From a virus, in IMG/VR virus record IMGVR_UViG_3300042309_002578, positions 64,001 to 128,000 of that record: 64,000 nucleotides of DNA; one strand, 5' to 3'. The position numbers and the translations under genes are program-made. Positions 51,220-60,162 of the stretch are shown piece by piece. Position 1 is the first letter of the stretch. The number at the start of each line of letters is the position of its first letter. The notes under the pieces were generated by a model, which saw nothing but the letters and a program-made list of their open reading frames with translations, made no database searches and was not told the origin of the DNA.

Positions 51220-51330
51220 GCCATTTTTAATTTATTTTTCTGAATTAATAATTGAACAATTTTTATCGGTAATAGTTAGATTTTGGCAACTATTACCGAT
51301 AAATTAATAGCGGTTAGCTTTCACTCCGCT

Positions 51331-51819
51331 TCAGACACTTTCTAAATACTCCTTTTTAGACATTAATTTTGTCCAATATCTGTCTTCGCTATCTTTCTTG
51401 AAAAAGCTGTAAACCGCTTCGCCTTCCAGATTGTGTGTGTATGCTTCGCCACAAGCAAATACACCATTCTTGTGGTAAGCAGGAGGAAGTGCCTCTAAAC
51501 AATCCCAGTAATAATCTTTGGAGACTTCTACCCACTCTTTGATATTTTCGTAAAAGTGCCAGACCGATACATCTCTAGGGTCTATTGTCCATGATAAATA
51601 ATTCCCCAAACAATGATGCAGGAAATCCCAGTCCATTTCATCTACGTGAGATCCATCTTTGCCTCGGAAAATTACCTCTAGCGGATTTGGATTGTTTGTG
51701 CCGTAGCTATTTCCTATCTGTAACTTTACTTGAGATTGATCGTTTAGGACGGCAGTAACCATTATTTGTTTGTAAGGCAGTCTGCTTAGAAATTTTTTGA
51801 TATCTGCTAATGTTTTCAT
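51331..51819 (-). CDS. DUF1419-like protein
   Basis: WVEVSKDYYWDCLEALPP..FACGE. Confidence 0.65.
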   Translation of the reverse strand: MKTLADIKKFLSRLPYKQIMVTAVLNDQSQVKLQIGNSYGTNNPNPLEVIFRGKDGSHVDEMDWDFLHHCLGNYLSWTIDPRDVSVWHFYENIKEWVEVSKDYYWDCLEALPPAYHKNGVFACGEAYTHNLEGEAVYSFFKKDSEDRYWTKLMSKKEYLESV

Positions 51820-51862
51820 TGTTTTTTCGTGTGTTAATTGCTTGTGTTTTTTCTATATATCT

Positions 51863-51891
51863 ATATTACTATGGTTAACAAATAAAGTCAA
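51863..51891 (-). promoter_or_regulatory. motif promoter
   Basis: TTGACT-17(GTTAACC)-TAATAT. Confidence 0.7.
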
Positions 51892-51904
51892 GCGCATTTT
51901 TAAT

Positions 51905-52252
51905 TTATTTTTATATTACAAACGTATTACAGAAATTTTGGATATAGGTGCGTACTTGCATAATTTTTTGATTTTAATCAAAAATAAAATTGGGAAGATG
52001 ATCACTTTCTTATAGGAAACTGCCCTTTTTTCTTTGTATCTTCCCTTTACTTTTGACACGCCTTATGTTATAATCCGCCACAGATTTTTTAACGAGAGAA
52101 TGCGGGTTTGAGGCGTGTTACAAGATTTTGATTTTGGCGACATTGGTCTAGGTTGAGAACGAATGCCTGTCTGGCAGTTTTGGAAAAGGCTGTGGGGGGA
52201 ATATCCTTAAAACACCAAAGCCTTGCTACGTGGGGATTACAATATGTTTTTA
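51905..52252 (+). repeat. dispersed element copy E: full head + partial unit
   Basis: near-identical to reverse complement of 17460-17795; promoter TTTACT-17-TGnTATAAT at 52046-52074. Confidence 0.9.
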
Positions 52253-52268
52253 TTGCAACATTACGTTA

Positions 52269-52760
52269 TTAAAATGAGTTAGACCATTTGAGTAGTCTTT
52301 GCCATTTTTGATCCGTCGTATGACCATCCCATTGTCCAAAATATTTAGGTAAAAAGAAGAACATCTCCACCTCTGTATTGTGAATATGAAAACTGACTTG
52401 CCCGGTAGGCAATTCGATGTAAATAACATTCATCCATTCATCCTCCCAATCTTCACCTTCGTGCTTTCCAATCGCAGCGGTTAGCCCTTTTTGTAAAGCA
52501 AGGTGGCATAAAGTCAAGAGCATTTTATCTCTTTCAGAGTATGCCAAGTTTTTTGATTCAATGGCATCTTGTGTTGATTTTGTGTGGGGATGGTAATATT
52601 CGGAATTAATTATTTTTTCGCAGCCATAGGTGTGGCGCATTTCTTTAGATGAAACCTTTCTCCATCCAATATGGTTTGATGCCGTATTGCGAACTAAAAT
52701 CCATTCTTCACCACGAAGTCGGCGATACCAATTAAATTCTGAAAAAAGTAAATCAAGCAT
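52269..52760 (-). CDS. WDGH-motif protein
   Basis: IELPTGQVSFH..WDGHT. Confidence 0.65.
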   Translation of the reverse strand: MLDLLFSEFNWYRRLRGEEWILVRNTASNHIGWRKVSSKEMRHTYGCEKIINSEYYHPHTKSTQDAIESKNLAYSERDKMLLTLCHLALQKGLTAAIGKHEGEDWEDEWMNVIYIELPTGQVSFHIHNTEVEMFFFLPKYFGQWDGHTTDQKWQRLLKWSNSF

Positions 52761-52872
52761 AATATATTAGTGTTTTTTTAATTATACACCTCGCAAATAT
52801 TGTTGTCTATACTATTAATTTGTGTGATGCAATATTGTTGTAGTTAACTAAATTTTTGCAATATTGCCAACT

Positions 52873-53412
52873 ATGGATAAAATAAATCCAGAATCAAATT
52901 TTCACCACAATGAAGATAGAGTAGATCCATCAAGACTGGGAAATATTATATATTTTACTGGGGAAATAACAGAAACTAGCTCTTACAAATTTATTTATCT
53001 CGAAGGAGAAAAAAGTAAAACATCAGATAAAGACTGTGCTATTCGCATTAATAGCGTTGGTGGTAGTTGCACATCTGGATTGTTAATGTACGATGCGCTG
53101 CGTAGTAGCTCTATTGATATATCTATCATTGCTTCTGGTTTTATTGCAAGTAGCGCAACAATTGTTTTGTTGGGTGCAGAAAAACGCTTTTGTACACAAA
53201 ACACTAACTTTTTAGTTCATCCTGTGCCTTCTTTTATGTTTGGCAGACTACCAGACGTGAAAAATCAATTAGCTTACGGTGAAATATTGGAAAGCCAGTT
53301 TGTCAATATATATCAAAAACATACGAAAATCACCAAAGAGATGATGCAGCAAGAAACATATTTTGATTCAGAGAAAGCGTTAAATCTACAATTAATTTCA
53401 AAAATAATTTAG
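52873..53412 (+). CDS. ClpP-like serine protease
   Basis: INSVGG, IASSAT (Ser), FLVH (His), ETYFDSEKAL. Confidence 0.8.
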   Translation: MDKINPESNFHHNEDRVDPSRLGNIIYFTGEITETSSYKFIYLEGEKSKTSDKDCAIRINSVGGSCTSGLLMYDALRSSSIDISIIASGFIASSATIVLLGAEKRFCTQNTNFLVHPVPSFMFGRLPDVKNQLAYGEILESQFVNIYQKHTKITKEMMQQETYFDSEKALNLQLISKII

Positions 53413-53498
53413 TTTTTGTTTTAAATTGTACTAAAATGATATTTGCCTGGATAGATGTTGTTGTTAAAAAAGGATGCCACAACTAAAGGCATCCTTTT

Positions 53499-54914
53499 TT
53501 ATGCCGGCGCATCTGCATTAGTCTCGACATTTTCTGTGTCTACCGCACTGCCTTCTTCATTTGTGGTCTGTTCTGTAGTGTCTTGTTCTTGGGAATCTTC
53601 TGTCCCGAACTGATCTAAGATAGTTTCTTCTTTTTGGAATGACCAACCCTTACCAAACGTCTTTTCTATTAGTTCTGGCTCTGGTGTTAGTCCAACTTGA
53701 TTAATCATTACATTCCACCAGTCAGCTTTTGCTTTTAGCACCGTAATTTTGTGCGTTTCTTCTGCTTGCCTCTCCTCCTCCTGTTTCCTCTCTTCTTCTT
53801 TTGCGCTTCTGGTAATTTCCTTTTTAATTTCTTCGTTTGTTGTCCAGATTCTTATATCTGGGGAATTTGAGCCAGGATAATTATATTCTTTAACTTTTTT
53901 CCAAATATTTTTAGTAAGACAATCATTCAGCAAGATGCAGTGTGCATCTATTACATTAGACTCTCTGTCATCATTTTGTGATACTTGTGCATTGTAACTC
54001 CCGTGATCTGTAGCTGAAAGTGGCACTTCACTAAGCGCAGCCTTAGATATTTCTTTTGATGCTAGTTCTATAAGGTATTCAGAATTTGTTAAAACCTCTT
54101 GTGGGAAAAGACTCTCTGCTTTATATCCTGGTGGACCAGTAAAATATCCATTGGGGGAAACGAGTCTTAAAAAGTTGCACCATTTTACAAATCGTGGATC
54201 ATTCTCTGCTACGCCTTCAGGGTTCTCGCCAACAATGGGTGGCGAACCAACTCTACCTGTTTGACGAATTATGTTATCTCTAGCCGCATTTTTTGTAATC
54301 CACCAAGGGTAAAATCTCCATCCAAGCCCAAGCCCGTATGGATAATACGAAGAGCCAAATGAATAAACAATAACGTCTCCATCTAGCAATCTTTCTCCTG
54401 TGACTGGCCTACGTTTTGTTAGTATTCTGATTTCATAACCCATGTGGGTTGCTATTTTTGTGTTTTTTTTAATTGGGCGATCGCTCTTATATATTGGAAT
54501 GTCTTTGTTTGGGTTGGTGTTTGGCTGTACAAATATAAACCTCCACCAGGGTATAGACACAAATTCTGGATAAAGAACTGAGTCCTCATTTACCCACTCT
54601 TTTACACATAAAAATGCTACACCTATATAATGTGCATCTAGCAAGTCTGAACAAATTTTTGAATAATTAATTTTAGATAATATTTTTTTTGCTATTTCTG
54701 CATTGTCCTTGTCTTTTTGGTCGTCGCTAAACGAATCTACTAATACTTGTCTGCCTGTTATAGTATTGTTAAGCTTGTTTAGTGTGCTTAGTATATGACA
54801 ATCTCTTCGCATCTCTTCGTAATTTATTCTTAGGGAGATGTCCTGGGAATGAAGTAGCAAGGACGGGAAATAACCTGGATCGTCAGATGGTAATATTATT
54901 GGAGTTTGGTACAT
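53499..54914 (-). CDS. portal protein (DUF935 / Mu gp29-like)
   Basis: YEEMRRD.HI..L, LLDA..G, PYGLGLG..YPWW, G.P. Confidence 0.8.
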   Translation of the reverse strand: MYQTPIILPSDDPGYFPSLLLHSQDISLRINYEEMRRDCHILSTLNKLNNTITGRQVLVDSFSDDQKDKDNAEIAKKILSKINYSKICSDLLDAHYIGVAFLCVKEWVNEDSVLYPEFVSIPWWRFIFVQPNTNPNKDIPIYKSDRPIKKNTKIATHMGYEIRILTKRRPVTGERLLDGDVIVYSFGSSYYPYGLGLGWRFYPWWITKNAARDNIIRQTGRVGSPPIVGENPEGVAENDPRFVKWCNFLRLVSPNGYFTGPPGYKAESLFPQEVLTNSEYLIELASKEISKAALSEVPLSATDHGSYNAQVSQNDDRESNVIDAHCILLNDCLTKNIWKKVKEYNYPGSNSPDIRIWTTNEEIKKEITRSAKEEERKQEEERQAEETHKITVLKAKADWWNVMINQVGLTPEPELIEKTFGKGWSFQKEETILDQFGTEDSQEQDTTEQTTNEEGSAVDTENVETNADAPA

Positions 54915-55024
54915 ATTGCAAAAAATATTTTCTGTTTAAAAATATCATTACATCAATTAATGACAAATTATTGCTATGTGTGATATAAAGAGAAAATAAA
55001 TTCTAATTATAGTAGCATTTAACA

Positions 55025-56647
55025 ATGCAAACCTCACAAACATTAGATAAAAAAGCGCAACAAGAAGAATATCAAATAGAGATATTTGAGTCCGGTTCAC
55101 ACTTATCCGGAAATCACATCTCTAGGAATTATTCACGAGGCGATCTGCAAGATGTCGTTGACTCTTATGATCCGACATACTTCAAAGCTCCGCTTATATT
55201 TAACTACTACGCTGAAGACCCGCATTCCCCTATGGGATATAGCGACAGAGAGCTAGTAAAATCTCCGTTTGCGTTTGGATATCCTGAAAAATTATCTTTA
55301 AATGGGCAGAGACTTGTAGCTCATTTTAAAAATATCGCACCAGAATTTGTTGAAATGGTCAAAGAGCATAAAATCTTGGCTGTGTCTGCCAGTTTTTATC
55401 CAGAAAACAACCCATTTAATCCCACTCCAGGCAAACTTAGCTTGAGGCACGTTGCAGGTCTTGGTAGTGAGCCACCAGCCGTAAAAGGAATGCCTCTTGA
55501 GTTTAGCGAAGACTCGGATCTTTTGAGTTTTTCTAATTTTGCGGAGCATTCCTATGAACCATGCGAAGAAGAGACGCTTGACTATAACTGCGCCTGTGAC
55601 AAACTTAATTTATCTTTGCCTCCATTGCTGAATTTAATGACCAGGCAGAGAGAGCTTTTAATTGAGAGAATGGGTATAGATGAGGCTGACAAATATTTAC
55701 CAAGGCTTTTGATTGACTCTTTGTCTGTTGCTCTTTCTGAGGATGAAGAATCTAGCGAGGATGAAGAATTCAGGGAGGAAGATTCCTTGGGTGAAGATCC
55801 AGAAGATTCTCCACCTCCTGTGATTGATTCTGGGGCTATTTCTGATGTGTACTCGATATTGGTTGACCACACAGAAAAAGTCGCTGCTATATCTAACGGA
55901 TTAAAGTATTCAATGAGTCAGATAATAGGAGTTAAGGGAGGATTAGACTCTTTGAACTCTGATTTTGAGTCTTTGGTTGATATAGTAGATCAATCGTTTG
56001 AACAACTAAATAATCGTGTAGAATCTTTAATAGAGTTAGTATCAAGTTTATTCACAATAACTGAAGCTAAACAAAACGAAGTCAATAATTATCAGCCAGA
56101 TATTAACGACAATTTGTCTAGTGGTTATTATCACCCTTATGTAGCCCCAAGTCCATCTGAAACTTTAGGATATAGCAAAGAAATGACAACTCAAACCGGA
56201 GCTTTAGAATCTACTGTTGCTGCTCTAAAGTTAGAGCGAGATCAAGAAAAAAGAAAGAACTATGTTCGCAGTTTAATGAATTTTATGGAGACTCAGTGCA
56301 ACGTACACCATAGGATTTTGCCAGCACAATTAGAAGAAGAAAAAGCATTTGTTTTAAGCTTGCTTGAATCTCAAGAAAAAGAGCCTATTGAATTTAGCGA
56401 AAACGCTGTTCTGCCTATCATTGAAAAATTCAAGAAAAATATTCAAAATCGCCAAGCAGTTTGGACACCAGAGCCAAGTGTTGTGATTGACAACGAAGAT
56501 ATTGTTCCTCGGAATTATTCTGAGGCAGAACTTTCTGCAAAAGCTCGACAACTAAAAGAGCAATACAAGAAGAAAGGTAAAACAATCTCGTTGCACGAGG
56601 CTATTGATATGGTTGCTGGTGGAGAAATGCCGGAGTCAGAAGAATAA
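55025..56647 (+). CDS. prohead protease-scaffold
   Basis: IEIFESGSH, VSASFY, LRHVAGLG..PPAVKGM then acidic/coiled scaffold. Confidence 0.85.
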   Translation: MQTSQTLDKKAQQEEYQIEIFESGSHLSGNHISRNYSRGDLQDVVDSYDPTYFKAPLIFNYYAEDPHSPMGYSDRELVKSPFAFGYPEKLSLNGQRLVAHFKNIAPEFVEMVKEHKILAVSASFYPENNPFNPTPGKLSLRHVAGLGSEPPAVKGMPLEFSEDSDLLSFSNFAEHSYEPCEEETLDYNCACDKLNLSLPPLLNLMTRQRELLIERMGIDEADKYLPRLLIDSLSVALSEDEESSEDEEFREEDSLGEDPEDSPPPVIDSGAISDVYSILVDHTEKVAAISNGLKYSMSQIIGVKGGLDSLNSDFESLVDIVDQSFEQLNNRVESLIELVSSLFTITEAKQNEVNNYQPDINDNLSSGYYHPYVAPSPSETLGYSKEMTTQTGALESTVAALKLERDQEKRKNYVRSLMNFMETQCNVHHRILPAQLEEEKAFVLSLLESQEKEPIEFSENAVLPIIEKFKKNIQNRQAVWTPEPSVVIDNEDIVPRNYSEAELSAKARQLKEQYKKKGKTISLHEAIDMVAGGEMPESEE

Positions 56648-56715
56648 AAAGATTTTGGCATAGTGTTTCTTGTTCTCTCGTCTTGTTGAAAATTTATTTA
56701 ATTTGGTTGAAAATT

Positions 56716-57519
56716 ATGGCAGCAGATAGAATTGACAGTCTAATTATTAGTCGCCGAGCTAGTGGCGCAATAACCCCAAATCGTATTCTTAGGTTTGACC
56801 CTGCGAATCAGTCTGCTGTTTTACAGGCAACATCTGCAAAAGATGTGTTGGTTGGTGTTTCTTATTTTATGGGTAGATCGTACAGACGATATCAATATAA
56901 CTCACAGAGTGATTTTGTTCCAAGTAGCACACCTGGAGATATTAGCATACGTGGTGATGCTCCGCCAGATGCAATAATTGGGGACATGATTGATGTTGTG
57001 TGTGGTGGTGTTGCGCCTGTCGAATTTGGTAGCACCGTCACAATCGGACAGTGGGTAACTTCAGATGCTTTAGGTAGAGCAGTTCCTGCATATTATGGTG
57101 CAAGCGTTGTTGGTGTCGCAACAACAGGCGGAACTGTTGGGTCACTTGGCAGTATTATAGTTGCGGCTGGTTCTGCATACACTAACGCATCAGTTCCTTC
57201 AACTCTCATTGATGCTGCAACGATTGTCATTGACTCTGCTGTTGCCTCTGATTTCAATGTTATTCTTGCTGGGAATAGAACTTTAGGTGTCCCTGCAAAC
57301 CCCATAAACGGGGCAGAAATCAGGCTCTTTATCAAGCAAGATGCAACAGGATCAAGAACTCTTACACTGCCAACTGGTGCTGGTGGGTTTACACTTGGTG
57401 CTGATATTGCAAATACAACGTTGTCTACCGCAGCAAACGCTACAGATTTTATATCTGCAAGATACAGTTCTGTTGTTGGGAAGTGGCTTGTCACCAACTT
57501 CAAGAAAGGTTACGTCTAA
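56716..57519 (+). CDS. capsid decoration/cement (DUF2190-like) with fibre-like C-terminal domain
   Basis: VDVV..G.APVE.G..V..G..VTSDALGRAV; C-term LAGNRTL..QDATGSRTL..LSTAANATD. Confidence 0.7.
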   Translation: MAADRIDSLIISRRASGAITPNRILRFDPANQSAVLQATSAKDVLVGVSYFMGRSYRRYQYNSQSDFVPSSTPGDISIRGDAPPDAIIGDMIDVVCGGVAPVEFGSTVTIGQWVTSDALGRAVPAYYGASVVGVATTGGTVGSLGSIIVAAGSAYTNASVPSTLIDAATIVIDSAVASDFNVILAGNRTLGVPANPINGAEIRLFIKQDATGSRTLTLPTGAGGFTLGADIANTTLSTAANATDFISARYSSVVGKWLVTNFKKGYV

Positions 57520-57578
57520 AATTTAAAGACGCTTTCATCTTTTTCTAATTTTCTATTTATTTACCAAGGATTAAATTT

Positions 57579-58553
57579 ATGGCCATTTCCCCAGGACAGA
57601 TCGTATTACCAGGAAATTATAGCCCAGACAGCCGATTGCAAGCGATCGCAATCGGCTATGTTCCTGGTGAAGATGACGGTGAAGAACTTATTCATGAACT
57701 TGTTTTCCCAACAGTTGACCTGAAAGGAAAAAAAGATTACGAGTACCAAAAATATAGAATTTCCGATGCTTTTGATGTGCCTAGCACAGAAGTTTCTAGA
57801 CTTGGTACAGTGAATAGGATTGAATTTGGTTATGACGTTGTTACCAGCACCACCAAAGATTACGGTCTTGAGGATGCTATTCCCAAGAAAGAGTATGAAA
57901 ACTCAAATGGGGTCACGACTGGACCAGTTGGAGAACAACTGATGCGGTTGGTGAAAATGGATCGTGAACAACGAGCAGCCAGAATTGCATTTAATCCCAA
58001 CACCTATTCCCCATCTCAAGTTGTTGCACTTTCCGGGACTTCGCAATTTACAGACAAAGTAAATAGCGATCCTATTTCTGTAATAACTGGTGCCTTAGAT
58101 GGGATGCTTGCCACTGCAAACACTATGATAATTGGGCGTGGTGCTGCAACTGCTTTGTTGACTCATCCTCAAATAGTTGCAAGTTACCAAGCCAGTTCTG
58201 GATTAGGCAGTAAGCAGGGTGGTATTATCCCAGCAAGTTATTTAAGTTCTTTGTTTCCACAAATTAAAAAGGTGGGAATAGGGGCAGCATTCATAAATAC
58301 TGGTTCCTCGTCCAGAGGAAGTGTGAATTTGCGTCGGATGTGGGGGAACAACATCGCTCTCCTAAGAAATGAAACTGTTAAGTTACCATATTCCAGAACT
58401 TTCGGTTTTACTGCTTATACTGGTGCGGTGTCTGGCGTTTATTTTGACAAGAGTGTTGGGCTTGAAGGTGGTTATGTCGTAAGAATGGGTGAGCAACTCG
58501 AAGAAGTAGTTGCTGAACCAGCTTATGGCTACTTAATTCAAAACGTAGCGTAA
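57579..58553 (+). CDS. major capsid protein
   Basis: LQAIAIGY..VFP.V..DYGLED.IP..REQRAA..SDPI..GYLIQN; position after scaffold/decoration. Confidence 0.85.
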   Translation: MAISPGQIVLPGNYSPDSRLQAIAIGYVPGEDDGEELIHELVFPTVDLKGKKDYEYQKYRISDAFDVPSTEVSRLGTVNRIEFGYDVVTSTTKDYGLEDAIPKKEYENSNGVTTGPVGEQLMRLVKMDREQRAARIAFNPNTYSPSQVVALSGTSQFTDKVNSDPISVITGALDGMLATANTMIIGRGAATALLTHPQIVASYQASSGLGSKQGGIIPASYLSSLFPQIKKVGIGAAFINTGSSSRGSVNLRRMWGNNIALLRNETVKLPYSRTFGFTAYTGAVSGVYFDKSVGLEGGYVVRMGEQLEEVVAEPAYGYLIQNVA

Positions 58554-58590
58554 TCAATCCGCTGCTAATTAGCAAAATTATTGGAGTATT

Positions 58591-59046
58591 ATGTCTCAAT
58601 TCTATAAAGTAGTTCGTGGACGAGTGATACACGACGGCGAAGCGAAAAACGTCGGTGACTTTATTTTCGCTTCGCCAAAAGAAATGGAGGGTATTGCTGG
58701 CGTTGGCAGTGTTGTACGAGTTGAGCAAGGTGAAGTTTCATTCTCGTTTTTACAAGAAAATGGACTACTTCCTGCTACTCTCCCAACTGTTGTTTCTAAA
58801 CCTGAAATACCGACAATCCCAACTGTTGTTTCTAAACCTGAAATACCGACAATCCCAACTGTTGTTTCTAAACCCGAAATACCGACAATCCCAACTGTTG
58901 TTTCTAAACCCGAAACTCCCGAAGCACCTACAATCCCCCCTGTTATTTCAGATATAAACGAGCCTGATCTTGGTTTGTCTCTTGGGATTGATCCAGTTGT
59001 CAAAACGGAAGCAGTCGGAAAAAGAAATCGCAGCGCAACAGCTTAG
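58591..59046 (+). CDS. head-associated hypothetical protein with 36-bp PTVVSKPEIPTI repeats
   Basis: ~4 tandem units at 58782-58915. Confidence 0.65.
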   Translation: MSQFYKVVRGRVIHDGEAKNVGDFIFASPKEMEGIAGVGSVVRVEQGEVSFSFLQENGLLPATLPTVVSKPEIPTIPTVVSKPEIPTIPTVVSKPEIPTIPTVVSKPETPEAPTIPPVISDINEPDLGLSLGIDPVVKTEAVGKRNRSATA

Positions 59047-59078
59047 TAGCAATGCCACTTTAGAGTGGCATTAAAAAA

Positions 59079-59513
59079 ATGTCATACGCCACCCCACAAG
59101 AGTTTATAGCTTCATTTCCTCCTACTGAATCACAAGAATTAAGTAACCTAGATGGATTCTCTACGTCTTCGCCAAATTTAGACACACAAAGAATTCAGCT
59201 TGCTCTTGATAAAGCACAGGGAGAGATTAATTCATATTTAGCAGCAAGGGGTGAAGTATTCCCTTTTATTGATGTATCTGGTAGATTACGAGATATTGAA
59301 ATAATAATAGCGAGAAAAAATCTAAATTCATATTCTTGGGAAGAAAACGATCCTAGATACAGAGACTATAAAGATGTTCTTGAGTGGCTTAAAAACTACT
59401 CAAAAGGGATTGTTTCGTTGCCAAAAGTCGATGCTGGTAGCCCATCATCTGCCGTTGCCGTTTTTATTCCTCAGCCAAATTATTTTGAATCTCGAATATT
59501 TTATGGTTTTTAA
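59079..59513 (+). CDS. head-tail adaptor (DUF1320 / Mu gp36-like)
   Basis: MSYAT..AL..AQGEINSYL..IAR..Y..V..WL..G.VSL. Confidence 0.85.
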   Translation: MSYATPQEFIASFPPTESQELSNLDGFSTSSPNLDTQRIQLALDKAQGEINSYLAARGEVFPFIDVSGRLRDIEIIIARKNLNSYSWEENDPRYRDYKDVLEWLKNYSKGIVSLPKVDAGSPSSAVAVFIPQPNYFESRIFYGF

Positions 59514-59518
59514 AAATA

Positions 59519-60130
59519 ATGCTGATAAATCCATTGCTTGTAGAATTTGAAATAGAAAAAAGACTAAGGGCTTTTAATTTACCTGTCAGAATTAGGAGAA
59601 CTCCTGCTGAAAACGCTAACGCTCCAGTAAACAAAACAGAACTCTGGGTTAGGTATGTTGATTCTGATTATGATGCAATAGCAAATGCAAACGATTTAAC
59701 GGCAAAAAGTTATAATAGAAAAATGCTGTTTCATGTAATGACTGAAGTTGTTAGTTTGCAAAATCATGAAAGGGCGTTGACATTACACAATAATGCGATC
59801 GCATTATTGACTGGGTGGCGACCAAAAATAAAAGTTGACTCAAATTCTACAAGCTGTGTAAATGGATTCGCAGATATTGTTAAGTGTTTTGACCCAATAA
59901 AGGATAGATTTGAAAGATATGCAGAGGGAAAATATCAATACAGACTTGATTTAACCATTACTGTTCCTCACTCTAGAATTGAACAGGTTGACTTAACTCC
60001 TTTTAATTTGGACTGGACATACAATAATTATTATGCAGATCCTGGAAATCCAGTAAACGATATAGGAAGTCCAGAAAATTCCATTAGTTTTACACAAATT
60101 GTCCCTGAAATTCACATAGGGCATGGCTAA
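59519..60130 (+). CDS. neck/tail terminator (Mu gp37-like)
   Basis: synteny; LLTGWRP motif. Confidence 0.6.
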   Translation: MLINPLLVEFEIEKRLRAFNLPVRIRRTPAENANAPVNKTELWVRYVDSDYDAIANANDLTAKSYNRKMLFHVMTEVVSLQNHERALTLHNNAIALLTGWRPKIKVDSNSTSCVNGFADIVKCFDPIKDRFERYAEGKYQYRLDLTITVPHSRIEQVDLTPFNLDWTYNNYYADPGNPVNDIGSPENSISFTQIVPEIHIGHG

Positions 60131-60162
60131 TATTAAATCGCCACGAAAAGGAAATAAATAAA

